Positions 47,067 to 55,622 of a DNA stretch of 64,000 nt are shown piece by piece (position 1 is the stretch's first letter; every line of letters begins with the position of its first letter). The translations under genes were made by a program, and so were the position numbers. The notes under the pieces were generated by a model that was given only the letters and a program-made list of their open reading frames with translations, had not been told where the DNA came from and did not search any database. The DNA comes from an uncultured Syntrophales bacterium. Lineage in GTDB: Bacteria > Desulfobacterota > Desulfomonilia > Desulfomonilales > Desulfomonilaceae. The stretch is taken from NCBI GenBank assembly GCA_964385875.1, contig CAYLRL010000001.1, positions 112,131 to 176,130 of the forward strand, read 5' to 3'.

Positions 47067-48059
47067 GTGCTCAACGACACCGATCTCATGAAGGTTCAGG
47101 ATATCGCGGCCCGCCTGGCCGAGCCGGTGACACTGCACGTCTCGGGTGCGCGGGAAGGAGAGCCGTTCGACGAAAACCTGGCCAACACGGCTCGGCAGAT
47201 AGCGGGTGTGTCCGCGAACCGGATTCTTCTCGAGGAGGTCGATCCGCCGATCTTTCTCGGCAAACCGAGCGTGACGATTTCGTCGTCCAAAGGCGGCAAT
47301 ATCCACTACCTGATGGCGCCCGAGGGCTTGGAACTCGATCCGTTCCTCGACGGAATCGCATGGATGGGGGGCGCGGAGGAAGCTCCCCGTTCGGATGAGA
47401 TCGATCGCCTCTCGTCGCTCTCGTCGCCCGTTTCGGTTCTTGCGCTCGCTGCGACTGTGTGCCCGCATTGTCCGATGGTCATTCGTACGGTCCTCTCAGC
47501 TGCGGTCGGCCGACCTCTGATCAAGGTGTCGGTCGTCGACGCGGTTCAGTTCTCGGACATGGCCGAACAGTACAAGGTCAGGGCGACGCCGACCGTGATC
47601 ATCAACGGCGCGGCCACACTTGTGGGGCAGGTGACCGCGGGCGAACTCACGGACCACATTCTGGGCGCGAGTATACCGGAGTCGCTCACGGAGACCCTCG
47701 ATTCAATGATCAAAGCGGGGAGGGCATCGGACGCGGCCGCCCTGGTCTGCGATCGGAAGAGGCCGGACGCGCTGCTTCCGATCTATCTGTCTCAAGAGTT
47801 CTCGGTTCGGATGGGCGCGTTGGTGGCGCTGGAAGAGGCGTTGGAGATCGACGCACGGTGCCTCGATCCCATCGTGGATCGGCTCATCGAGCTGCTCTCC
47901 TCGGACGACACCGCGCTTCGGGGCGATACGGCCGTGCTTCTCGGGAAGGTCGGCGACAAGCGTGCCGCGCCCGCGATCAAACAGCTCCTCGAGGACGAGA
48001 ACGAAGACGTTCGGGACGCGGCGGAAGAAGCGCTCGATGAACTGGAAGGCGGTGAGTGA
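47067..48059 (+). CDS. Thioredoxin/glutaredoxin-fold protein (CPHC) fused to C-terminal HEAT-like repeats
   Basis: GTG 47067 follows GAGGAGG. The fold motifs are VCPHCP and ATPTVIING. The HEAT-like region reads LLSSDDTALRGDTAVLLGKVGDKRAAPAIKQLLEDENEDVRDAAEEAL. Confidence 0.7.
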   Translation: MLNDTDLMKVQDIAARLAEPVTLHVSGAREGEPFDENLANTARQIAGVSANRILLEEVDPPIFLGKPSVTISSSKGGNIHYLMAPEGLELDPFLDGIAWMGGAEEAPRSDEIDRLSSLSSPVSVLALAATVCPHCPMVIRTVLSAAVGRPLIKVSVVDAVQFSDMAEQYKVRATPTVIINGAATLVGQVTAGELTDHILGASIPESLTETLDSMIKAGRASDAAALVCDRKRPDALLPIYLSQEFSVRMGALVALEEALEIDARCLDPIVDRLIELLSSDDTALRGDTAVLLGKVGDKRAAPAIKQLLEDENEDVRDAAEEALDELEGGE

Positions 48060-48227
48060 CGGACGCGGCTCGGTCGGCGCGTTAATCGGTCCGGACGAAG
48101 ACTTCGAAGCCTTTGACGAGACCCGATCGCGGTGATATGGAAGTGATACGGAAACGGGCGGTCCGCCTCACCGTAAGCGGCCGGAGAAGCATTCCAAATC
48201 GATGACAGTCAGCGCAGGCGGCCCATT

Positions 48228-48971
48228 ATGAGGGAAAAATCGAAGGAAAAGGGGAATCGTCTCTGGTTCAGGCTCGTATTATTTCTCGTGCCGCGGATCG
48301 TCGGCGCGTACTTCGGTTTCGTCAGATTGACGTCGCGGATCGTCATTCTGAATCCCGAACACGAGCAACGAATCTGTAAGCGTCGTCCTTTTGTCGGCTC
48401 CTGTTTTCACGGCACCATGCTCTGGCCTGTTTACCATTGCCGGCAGTACCCCGGCGTGATTATGGTCAGTCGGTCATGGGACGGGGAGATCATCGACCGC
48501 TGCATCCGGCGGTGGGGGTTCGATACGACGCGCGGATCATCCTCCAAAGGGGGAAAAGACGCGCTGACCGCGATGATCGAACGCATCCGGGAGAATAATT
48601 ACTGCTCGGGCCTTGCGGTTGACGCTCCCCGCGGACCTGCGGGGAAGGTCAAAATGGGGATCATCACCCTCGGTCGCGAGACCGGCCAACCCATCGTTCC
48701 GTTGGTCAGTTGGGCGACCCGCAAGCTGCAATTCAGGTCATGGGATCGCATGATACTGCCCCTGCCGTTCAGCACGATCGTGCTGGCGTTCGGCCGACCC
48801 ATCGAGATTCCCACGGGTTTGGCCCCGGAAGGGTACGAGGCCCTGCGGCTTGAATTGGAAAACGAAATGAAGCGCATAACCTACCAAGCGGTGGACGAAG
48901 TGAACGCGCTCATGGAGAAAGGGCGATCGGGCGAGTTCGAAAAGGCGGACGCGGGCGCTCTCTTTGATTAG
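48228..48971 (+). CDS. DUF374-type lysophospholipid-acyltransferase-like protein
   Basis: FHGTMLWPVY, SRSWDGEII...RWGFDTTRGSSSKGG and GLAVDAPRGPAGKVKMG match my recollection of the DUF374 family. Confidence 0.65.
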   Translation: MREKSKEKGNRLWFRLVLFLVPRIVGAYFGFVRLTSRIVILNPEHEQRICKRRPFVGSCFHGTMLWPVYHCRQYPGVIMVSRSWDGEIIDRCIRRWGFDTTRGSSSKGGKDALTAMIERIRENNYCSGLAVDAPRGPAGKVKMGIITLGRETGQPIVPLVSWATRKLQFRSWDRMILPLPFSTIVLAFGRPIEIPTGLAPEGYEALRLELENEMKRITYQAVDEVNALMEKGRSGEFEKADAGALFD

Positions 48972-49200
48972 GTATTCTGAGGAGAATGGGAAACCAAGAC
49001 CCCGCCGACCGATTCCTCGGTCACACTTCATTCTTAGATCGAGTCGGAATAAACGTCACGGACAAGGGAAGACGGATTTCGCGCTGCGGAAGGGCGGCCG
49101 ACGAGCGTCCGGCCGGCCGGGTTTGGGTCTCGGTTATCCTTGACTTGCTTCATTTTCAGCGCATTATCGACGCAGATCGCTGCGCGCCGGTGAGGAGGAC

Positions 49201-50295
49201 ATGATGTCGGAATCGATCTATCACGATCTGAGAGAGCAATTGGACCAGTATTCCATTGGATTTCCCGCAACCGAGTCCGGAGTTGAAATCAAACTGCTCA
49301 AGAAGCTCTTCACCGAGGACGAAGCGGGAATGTACCTGGACCTGACGCTTCAGCTGGAAACCCCCGAGTCCGTCTCGAAGCGGACGGGCCGCGACGCGGA
49401 TGAGATTGCCCGGCTGCTGGAGACTATGGCCGAGAAGGGGCTGATTTTTCGGCTGAAGCGGCCCGACTCGGTCAAGTACGGCGCCGTGCCGTTCGTAGTC
49501 GGCTCGTGGGAGTTCCAGTTGGGTTCTCTGGATCGTGAGCTTGCACTGCTTTTCGAGGAGTATTTCTCCGAAGCCTTTGGAAGAACGGGCCTCGCGATCG
49601 AGCCGCCCATGCGGACCATTCCCGTAAATAAGGCGATCTCACACTCCTGGCAGGTAGCGCCTTATGACGACCTGCGAAAAATCCTCGAGGACAAAGAGAA
49701 CATTGCGGTCGCGAACTGCATCTGCAGGGTGCAGAAGGGTCTCATCGGTCATGAATGCGACAAGCCCCTCGAGGTCTGCTTCATGTTCGGCGCTCACGCC
49801 GACTATTATGTGGACAAGGGCATGGCCCGTCGAATCGACTGCGATGAAGCGTCGAAAATCCTCGACCGATGCGATGAAGCGGGCTTGGTTCCTCAGCCGT
49901 TCAACGCGCAGAATCCGGGCGGTTTCTGCAATTGCTGCGGCGATTGCTGCGGGATTCTTCGGTCGATCAAGTTGAGTCCAAAGCCTGCGATGAGCGTGCG
50001 ATCGAGTTATTACGCTGAAGTGGACTCGGAACTCTGTTCCGGTTGCGAAACCTGCATTGACCGTTGCCAGATGGAGGCGATCACGATGGGCGACGATGAG
50101 ATCGCGCTCATCGACCTGGAACGGTGCATCGGCTGCGGGCTGTGCGTGACCACTTGTCCGTCGGAAGCGCTCTCATTGCTGCAGAAAAGTGAAGGCTCAC
50201 GCTACACGCCGCCGGCCGACGGACGGGAGCTCTTCATGGCGCTTTCGCAGAAGCGCGGCACGTCGCTGATCCCGCTCAAGATGATGAAGGGATAG
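49201..50295 (+). CDS. 4Fe-4S dicluster domain protein with additional Cys-rich segment
   Basis: GAGGAGG precedes the ATG. CSGCETCIDRC and CIGCGLCVTTCP are two ferredoxin-type motifs. A further CNCCGDCCG cluster is also present. Confidence 0.8.
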   Translation: MMSESIYHDLREQLDQYSIGFPATESGVEIKLLKKLFTEDEAGMYLDLTLQLETPESVSKRTGRDADEIARLLETMAEKGLIFRLKRPDSVKYGAVPFVVGSWEFQLGSLDRELALLFEEYFSEAFGRTGLAIEPPMRTIPVNKAISHSWQVAPYDDLRKILEDKENIAVANCICRVQKGLIGHECDKPLEVCFMFGAHADYYVDKGMARRIDCDEASKILDRCDEAGLVPQPFNAQNPGGFCNCCGDCCGILRSIKLSPKPAMSVRSSYYAEVDSELCSGCETCIDRCQMEAITMGDDEIALIDLERCIGCGLCVTTCPSEALSLLQKSEGSRYTPPADGRELFMALSQKRGTSLIPLKMMKG

Positions 50296-50306
50296 AGCCT
50301 TATCGC

Positions 50307-50795
50307 TTGATCGTCGTCTTCGGTCCGGGGTGTTGTGAGTTCCTGCGCGCGTCGTCCGGTTCGGCGACGGCCCTGCTCGCGATGAACACCGTCTTTGGGC
50401 TGATTTTTCAAGTCGACGAAGTGGAAGCTGCGGATCCCTCACGTGCGGCGACGAACACGGAAGCGCTGGATGGCCGATTCATTTTCGACGATCATGTGCG
50501 CTTCGCGCATGACGAATATGACCATCCCGCGTTGCCGGCGCTTCGGGAATACACGGCGAATCATTCCAATCCCGAAATCAGAGGCGATAAACCCACCTTT
50601 GAAAAGATCCGCTTCGAGAATTTCCCGGACGAGCTCTACGCCGGGAGTCGGACCACGATCGCAGTGCTCGGCGAAGAGCCAAACGCCGTTCGGCCTCGAA
50701 CGCGCGACGGTAACGGTCACGCCGGACGGGCGTACGGCTCTGTGTGCGACCGCCCGGCCCCCTCCGGTTCTTTTCTTCACGCTATCCAAACTTGA
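50307..50795 (+). pseudogene. Possible remnant of an amidohydrolase-like gene (weak call)
   Basis: FIFDDHVRFAHDEY...FENFPDELYAGSRTTIAVLGE resembles the N-terminal part of TIM-barrel amidohydrolases. The ORF degenerates and stops after about 160 codons. Confidence 0.25.
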
Positions 50796-50901
50796 CAGTC
50801 TGCGCATACGGCCCGTACGCTAAGCGGCGCCCGCATCGCGTATGGCCGGCGTTTCCCGGTTCTGCCGACATCGATATACCCCCTGACTGCGGAGGCTCCT
50901 C

Positions 50902-52137
50902 ATGACGTTTTTCGACGTGATCTTCTACGTATCGCTGGCGGGCGGCTTCCTCATGGCGTTTTCGTTGGGCGCGAACGATGTGGCCAATTCGATGGCCTCC
51001 GCGGTCGGCGCCCGTGCGATTACGGTGTGGCAGGCGGTGGCGATAGCCGGCGTGATGAACTTCTTCGGGGCCGTCTTTCTCGGCGCACATGTGACCGCGA
51101 CCATTGCCAAGGGGATCGTCAACCCCGAGATGGTGACGGACGTGCACGTCCTGGCGGTGGGGATGTTCTCAGTGCTCCTGAGCGCGGGTCTCTTTGTTCT
51201 CATGTCAACCCTGACCGCCTTCCCGGTTTCGTCGACGCATGCGGTCGTGGGCGGCCTCATTGGGTTCGCTTATCTCGCAGCGGGTCCGGAGAGCGTTCAG
51301 TGGTCGAAACTCACGGAGATATTCATATCCTGGGTCCTCAGCCCGGTGCTGGCCGGGATAATCGCCGGCGCGGTTTACGGACTGATCAAGCTTACCCTGG
51401 CCGAGAAAGGCGACGTGACCGCGCGGGTGAAGAAATGGTGTCCCATTTGGATGGCGTTTGCGGCCGGCGTCATTGCGCTTGCCCTGACGCTCGACGCGGA
51501 GCCCGCGGCAAAGATCAGGAAGGATTGGTTCCTCATCTGCTTGGTGGTGATCTTCTTCGTGCTGTTCATGTGGGAGATGGGGAAGAACCTCATCCGTGAG
51601 TATCTGGAAAAGTCGCCGGATCACAAGGCCGCGGTCGAGCAGATTTTTCGACGTCTGCAGATTTTCACGTCATCGTACGTGGCGCTCGCCCACGGCTCGA
51701 ACGATGTGGCCAACGCCTTCGGTCCCGTGACGGCCATCTACTTGATTTCCAAGTATCACAAACTTCCGGCGCACGGCGAGGCGCCGACAATGATGCTCGT
51801 GATCGGCGGTATCGGTATCGCGGTCGGTATCTCCGCGCTCGGGCATCGGGTGATGAAGACCGTCGGGGAAGGGATTACCAAGCTGAACAACTCCCGCGGC
51901 TTTTCTGTGGATTTCTCTGTCGCCTCGACCGTCCTGTTGGCTTCGCGGCTGGGGATACCGGTCTCGTCGACGACGGTGGCCGTGGGAGCGGTCACCGGTG
52001 TCGGACTGGTTCAGGGGCGCAAGAACGTAGACCATTGGCTGCTGGCAAAAATCTTTCTCGTGTGGGTGGTCACCATACCCATAGCCGCGGTCACCTGCGG
52101 GTTGATTTTCCTGCTGCTCAGGACGATTTTCCTCTAA
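50902..52137 (+). CDS. pit: Inorganic phosphate transporter, PiT family
   Basis: GGAGG precedes the ATG. The GANDVANS motif is duplicated (GANDVANSMASAVG and HGSNDVANAFGP). The protein is polytopic. Confidence 0.9.
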   Translation: MTFFDVIFYVSLAGGFLMAFSLGANDVANSMASAVGARAITVWQAVAIAGVMNFFGAVFLGAHVTATIAKGIVNPEMVTDVHVLAVGMFSVLLSAGLFVLMSTLTAFPVSSTHAVVGGLIGFAYLAAGPESVQWSKLTEIFISWVLSPVLAGIIAGAVYGLIKLTLAEKGDVTARVKKWCPIWMAFAAGVIALALTLDAEPAAKIRKDWFLICLVVIFFVLFMWEMGKNLIREYLEKSPDHKAAVEQIFRRLQIFTSSYVALAHGSNDVANAFGPVTAIYLISKYHKLPAHGEAPTMMLVIGGIGIAVGISALGHRVMKTVGEGITKLNNSRGFSVDFSVASTVLLASRLGIPVSSTTVAVGAVTGVGLVQGRKNVDHWLLAKIFLVWVVTIPIAAVTCGLIFLLLRTIFL

Positions 52138-52199
52138 AGGCGCGGCGGTCGTCGGATAGGCGCCTCGAAGGCGCCGGCGTCGCAGTCGAGGAGCGTGAG

Positions 52200-52505
52200 A
52201 TGGACGATGACAGGAAAACGGACGAAAGCGTCGAGCATGACGAGATTTTCAAGTCTCGCACATTCTTCATAAGCGGACGAGCGATCGACCTCATGGAGCA
52301 ACTCCGCGCCAAACTGGGATGGAGCCAACATGAGATCGTGACGCGGGCGATCGAGATCCTCTGGGAACAGGATAAGCAGGTGGAAGGACAGCCCGAAAAA
52401 GAACGCCCCCCACACCTCTCTCTTTTGGTCGAGCGCCTTCTGAAGCGCATCGGGGGTCTGGAACGCAGGGTGGATGAACTCGAGCGAAAGAACTCGGGCG
52501 AATGA
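52200..52505 (+). CDS. Small ribbon-helix-helix-like protein (101 aa)
   Basis: ATG 52200. RTFFISGRAIDLMEQLRAKLGWSQHEIVTRAIEILW fits a beta-alpha-alpha RHH pattern. A coiled-coil tail follows. Confidence 0.4.
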   Translation: MDDDRKTDESVEHDEIFKSRTFFISGRAIDLMEQLRAKLGWSQHEIVTRAIEILWEQDKQVEGQPEKERPPHLSLLVERLLKRIGGLERRVDELERKNSGE

Positions 52506-52595
52506 GGCGTTCACCGCAGTCTCATGGCGGGGTTTGTCACGCTCAGGTTTTCAAGCCGGCATAACCCGCCGCACCGAGAAGTAGTCGTGAGCCAA

Positions 52596-53204
52596 TCAGC
52601 GATCCACGATCAGCTTCGGTTCGTTTTGATTGCCGGCTGAATGGAGCAGGCCGGCCGCGAATCGGTGCGCCTGTTCGCGAATGTCCTCGCCCATATCGTC
52701 GGGCTTTGTCGTGAAAGGTATGATCAAGGCGCCGGCGTATGTGCACTTGAGGTAGTGGGCGAAGCGAGGGAAAAGCTCCATGAGCAGATCGCAGTTGTCT
52801 TCGATTTGATCTTCACAGGTGATTACCGCGGCCAGCGACTTGCCGGTGAGCAGCGACAGCCATTCGTCGGTCCCGAAGCCCGTTACCAGGCTGCAATGCC
52901 GGTCGATGAACGCCTTGAGTTGAGAACTGGGTCCCCAGAAGTAGTTCGGCGTGGCGTACACGATCGCGGCCGACGAGAGAGTATTCTCCAGCAAGCGAAC
53001 CCCATCGTCCCCTTGAGGACACCCGATTCGATCGCTGTGTCGCTTGCACGTGTGGCAGCCCTTACAGCTGCGCACCGTATGATCGGTCAGATTGACGCGG
53101 TCGATTTGGTGACCCGTCGCACTCACGGTTTCTTCGATCCATGAGAGGACGCGATTGGTATTACCCTTCTTTCGGGGACTGCCCAGGACCGTGGTGAACT
53201 TCAT
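52596..53204 (-). CDS. Flavodoxin-like fold NAD(P)H-dependent FMN reductase / iron-sulfur flavoprotein-like protein
   Basis: ATG 53204 follows GGAGAG. The N-terminus is MKFTTVLGSPRKKGNTN, and a CKGCHTC motif is present. The 137-codon upstream extension in the track ORF looks non-coding. Confidence 0.75.
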   Translation of the reverse strand: MKFTTVLGSPRKKGNTNRVLSWIEETVSATGHQIDRVNLTDHTVRSCKGCHTCKRHSDRIGCPQGDDGVRLLENTLSSAAIVYATPNYFWGPSSQLKAFIDRHCSLVTGFGTDEWLSLLTGKSLAAVITCEDQIEDNCDLLMELFPRFAHYLKCTYAGALIIPFTTKPDDMGEDIREQAHRFAAGLLHSAGNQNEPKLIVDR

Positions 53205-53483
53205 ACGCCGCTCTCCATTCCGCGCTTCTTGGCGCCGCTCGATCACAGCCAATGACAATACGCCCAACGACCGCCCGCGATCAACAACGGAATCGCTCCG
53301 AAATGGGAACGCCCACGGGAGGGCTTCACTGCTTGTGCGCCAAATCCAAGGGGCTGGCATAGATAACTCATCGGTATCGTCCTTTTGGTACTGTTGAGCT
53401 TGAGCCCGAAGGTACTGTAGCACGCTATTGACAAGAGCGCGCGTCATGATAAGCAACTCACCGAGAACACAGACGCGAGAGGC

Positions 53484-53512
53484 TTGCCGCAAGCACGGCT
53501 TTGTTGTACAAT
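53484..53512 (+). promoter_or_regulatory. Sigma70-type promoter candidate (TTGCCG-17 nt-TACAAT) for the low-GC cassette
   Basis: TTGCCG at 53484-53489 and TACAAT at 53507-53512. It lies inside the 5' extension of track ORF 53428..54279, which argues for the GTG 53551 start. Confidence 0.45.
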
Positions 53513-53550
53513 ATGACCCGGGAAGATCTAGACGAGGCACAGGTCCGACG

Positions 53551-54279
53551 GTGAAGACACCCAAGAAAATTGAGCCGAGCCCTCTGGTGGAAGCAGTAGC
53601 GGATGTGCGCTTCAACCCCTCTATTCCACCCGCTGCCGTTTTCGGTTACGTGTACGGCCGGCTCAGAGAGGACTATGGTAGCCCGCATCCACTACCAATC
53701 CTCCAGGTTCCGGAAGAGATTCGCGAAAAGGACGCAAATCTCACTTTTCAGCCTCATTACCGTTTGGAGAGCAAACCGTTCGTGCTTCAGATGGGCCCGC
53801 GGATTTTCAATGTTGCCGCCCTGGAGCCGGAATATCCGGGATGGGGGGATTTTCGGAAGGAGATTCTTAGGCTCTTCACCATTTTCTGTGACGTTGGGGT
53901 TATCGGAGAGACAACTCGGATTGGCATGCGGTACATAAACTTTTTCGAACGGAACGTGTTTGAAATCTCAAGGTTCTGTGTGACGTTGGGAGATTCGCCG
54001 TTATCAGACGAGAAGACTGTCCTGCGCGTGCAATTCTTCGATGACAACTGGGTAACGGCCATTCAGGTCACGAACGATGGAAGCATCCAGACGGGTGGGG
54101 ATTTTAAGAGGGGTTCGGTCATCGATCTGGACACTTTCTGCTCGAACCCAGATCTTACGGAAAACCCACCTGAGGTGTTCCCTGAGCTAATCGAAAACGG
54201 ACACGAACTGCTAAAAAGGAAGTTCTTTGAAAGTCTCAAGGAAGACTTCGTGGCTTCTTTGAACCCGGAGTACGATTAG
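53551..54279 (+). CDS. TIGR04255-like uncharacterised protein (cassette ORF A)
   Basis: The start is probably GTG 53551 (the track ORF starts at 53428). PSPLVEAVADVRF near the N-terminus and TTRIGMRYINFF mid-protein match my memory of the TIGR04255 family. The local G+C is low. Confidence 0.6.
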   Translation: MKTPKKIEPSPLVEAVADVRFNPSIPPAAVFGYVYGRLREDYGSPHPLPILQVPEEIREKDANLTFQPHYRLESKPFVLQMGPRIFNVAALEPEYPGWGDFRKEILRLFTIFCDVGVIGETTRIGMRYINFFERNVFEISRFCVTLGDSPLSDEKTVLRVQFFDDNWVTAIQVTNDGSIQTGGDFKRGSVIDLDTFCSNPDLTENPPEVFPELIENGHELLKRKFFESLKEDFVASLNPEYD

Positions 54280-54288
54280 GAGGAATTT

Positions 54289-54603
54289 ATGTTCGACGAT
54301 CTGCGGTCCCAGATTTGCTGTCTGATTGCTGCGCCTCTCCTTTGCAGCGGTCTAGTCGGTGGGGCAACCTCCATGACCGGCAGTTCCTTTCTTGCTTCAG
54401 CTTCCGCCGGCCCGCAAGCCGCCCAGGCAAGAGGAGAGGAGCCAAGTGTGCTGGCAAGAGGATACGAGATGGTTGGCTCAGCAGACCTTCAGTATTCCGT
54501 GGCCGTTGTGGAGAAGCTCCTCAAACACTTCCTCGAAAAGGCCGAAACTTTTTCACCGGACGAGTTGGAAGTTATCGAGAAGGAATTTTGGAATCTTGGA
54601 TGA
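54289..54603 (+). CDS. Hypothetical protein (cassette ORF B, 104 aa)
   Basis: The ATG lies 5 nt after AGGAGG, which overlaps the ORF A stop. The N-terminal half is hydrophobic and the C-terminal half is helical (LQYSVAVVEKLLKHFLEKAETFSPDELEVIEKEFW). It may be fused to ORF C (see findings). Confidence 0.5.
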   Translation: MFDDLRSQICCLIAAPLLCSGLVGGATSMTGSSFLASASAGPQAAQARGEEPSVLARGYEMVGSADLQYSVAVVEKLLKHFLEKAETFSPDELEVIEKEFWNLG

Positions 54604-55219
54604 GAAAGTTGAACATATTCAACAGCATCTTCCTCAGTATCTCTCCTTGGCAGAGACTACCGAGTTATTGCGCCAAATTAATGAGCAATTTCCGGATATT
54701 CACCCTTCCCGCATGTACACCGCAGTGCATGCAGAAGAAAAGATCATATATCAGGGTGATGGAATAGCAGATCTGCTCTACGTCTATCTTCCGTATAAGG
54801 ACCGCCGCCCCTACAATTGCATGGTCTTTTCAAATACGTGTGACATGGACCTCAGTAACCCGACCCAGCCGCGCCCGGCTATCTGCTATGCACCGATCAT
54901 AAGGCTTGACAAGTTCTCGGACGCACTTGCGCATAGGCTGAATTGGACGCCTGAGCAAATTGGGTCGCGTCTGCAAGCCATCAGGTCCCAGAGGATTACA
55001 ACTGTGTTTTATCTACCAAAAGGGGGGCTGTTGGGGTCGGAATCGGTGGTTCTTATGGACAGAATATGTCACTGCGCCAGTGATTCGATTCGACGTGAAG
55101 AAATCCCGTCTCGTCGGCTCTTTACGCTCAGTCAGATTGGAGCTTATCTGTTCTTCTTCAAGTTGTCGGTCCACCTGCTACGTATGACCGACAAGGTGGA
55201 GCGGTCGATTTCCCCATAA
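54596..55219 (+). CDS. Hypothetical protein (cassette ORF C, ~207 aa)
   Basis: Protein-like translation in this frame starts at TTG 54596 (LDEKVEHIQQHLPQYLSLAETTELLRQINEQF...), 8 nt before the ORF B stop, with GAAGGA upstream. No family recognised. Confidence 0.5.
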   Translation: MDEKVEHIQQHLPQYLSLAETTELLRQINEQFPDIHPSRMYTAVHAEEKIIYQGDGIADLLYVYLPYKDRRPYNCMVFSNTCDMDLSNPTQPRPAICYAPIIRLDKFSDALAHRLNWTPEQIGSRLQAIRSQRITTVFYLPKGGLLGSESVVLMDRICHCASDSIRREEIPSRRLFTLSQIGAYLFFFKLSVHLLRMTDKVERSISP

Positions 55220-55551
55220 CAGAAATCCGACCGGCCGGAGGCTATCGAACCTTTTTTCATGACCCACTCAAGTCTTGACACCCACTCCAAGAACGCCCCT
55301 TAAAGACTTCAAAACTTCCGGACTCTTGTAACTCGCGACATATTGAGGCGCAGAAGCCTGTCTCGCTCCTGGGCCATTTTCACAAAGGAGGCAGTAGTCA
55401 TTCTTTGCAGGCGGTTACGATCTACTTCTGGTTCGCGCCCCGGCTCCAAATTTCATCGGTTGTTCAGTAAAAACACTATGCTAAGCCATTAGATGCCATG
55501 CCCATATGAGTGGGCCAATCCTCGAATTCAACCGGGGCGACTCGGACCGCC

Positions 55552-55581
55552 TTGACACTGCGCCGCGCGCACGCCGATAAT
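55552..55581 (+). promoter_or_regulatory. Promoter candidate for the antiporter gene (TTGACA-18 nt-GATAAT)
   Basis: Read directly from the sequence. The spacer is one nt longer than optimal. Confidence 0.35.
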
Positions 55582-55622
55582 AAACGCTTTTCGCCCCATT
55601 CGGACTCGATGGTGGATCTCCG

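Noticed and set aside
53205-53615. 137-codon N-terminal extension of the flavodoxin-like ORF (track 52596..53615)
   Set aside because: The family N-terminus MKFTTVLGSPRKKGNT, with a GGAGAG RBS, is at 53204. The extension would run through the promoter and start region of the divergent TIGR04255-like gene.
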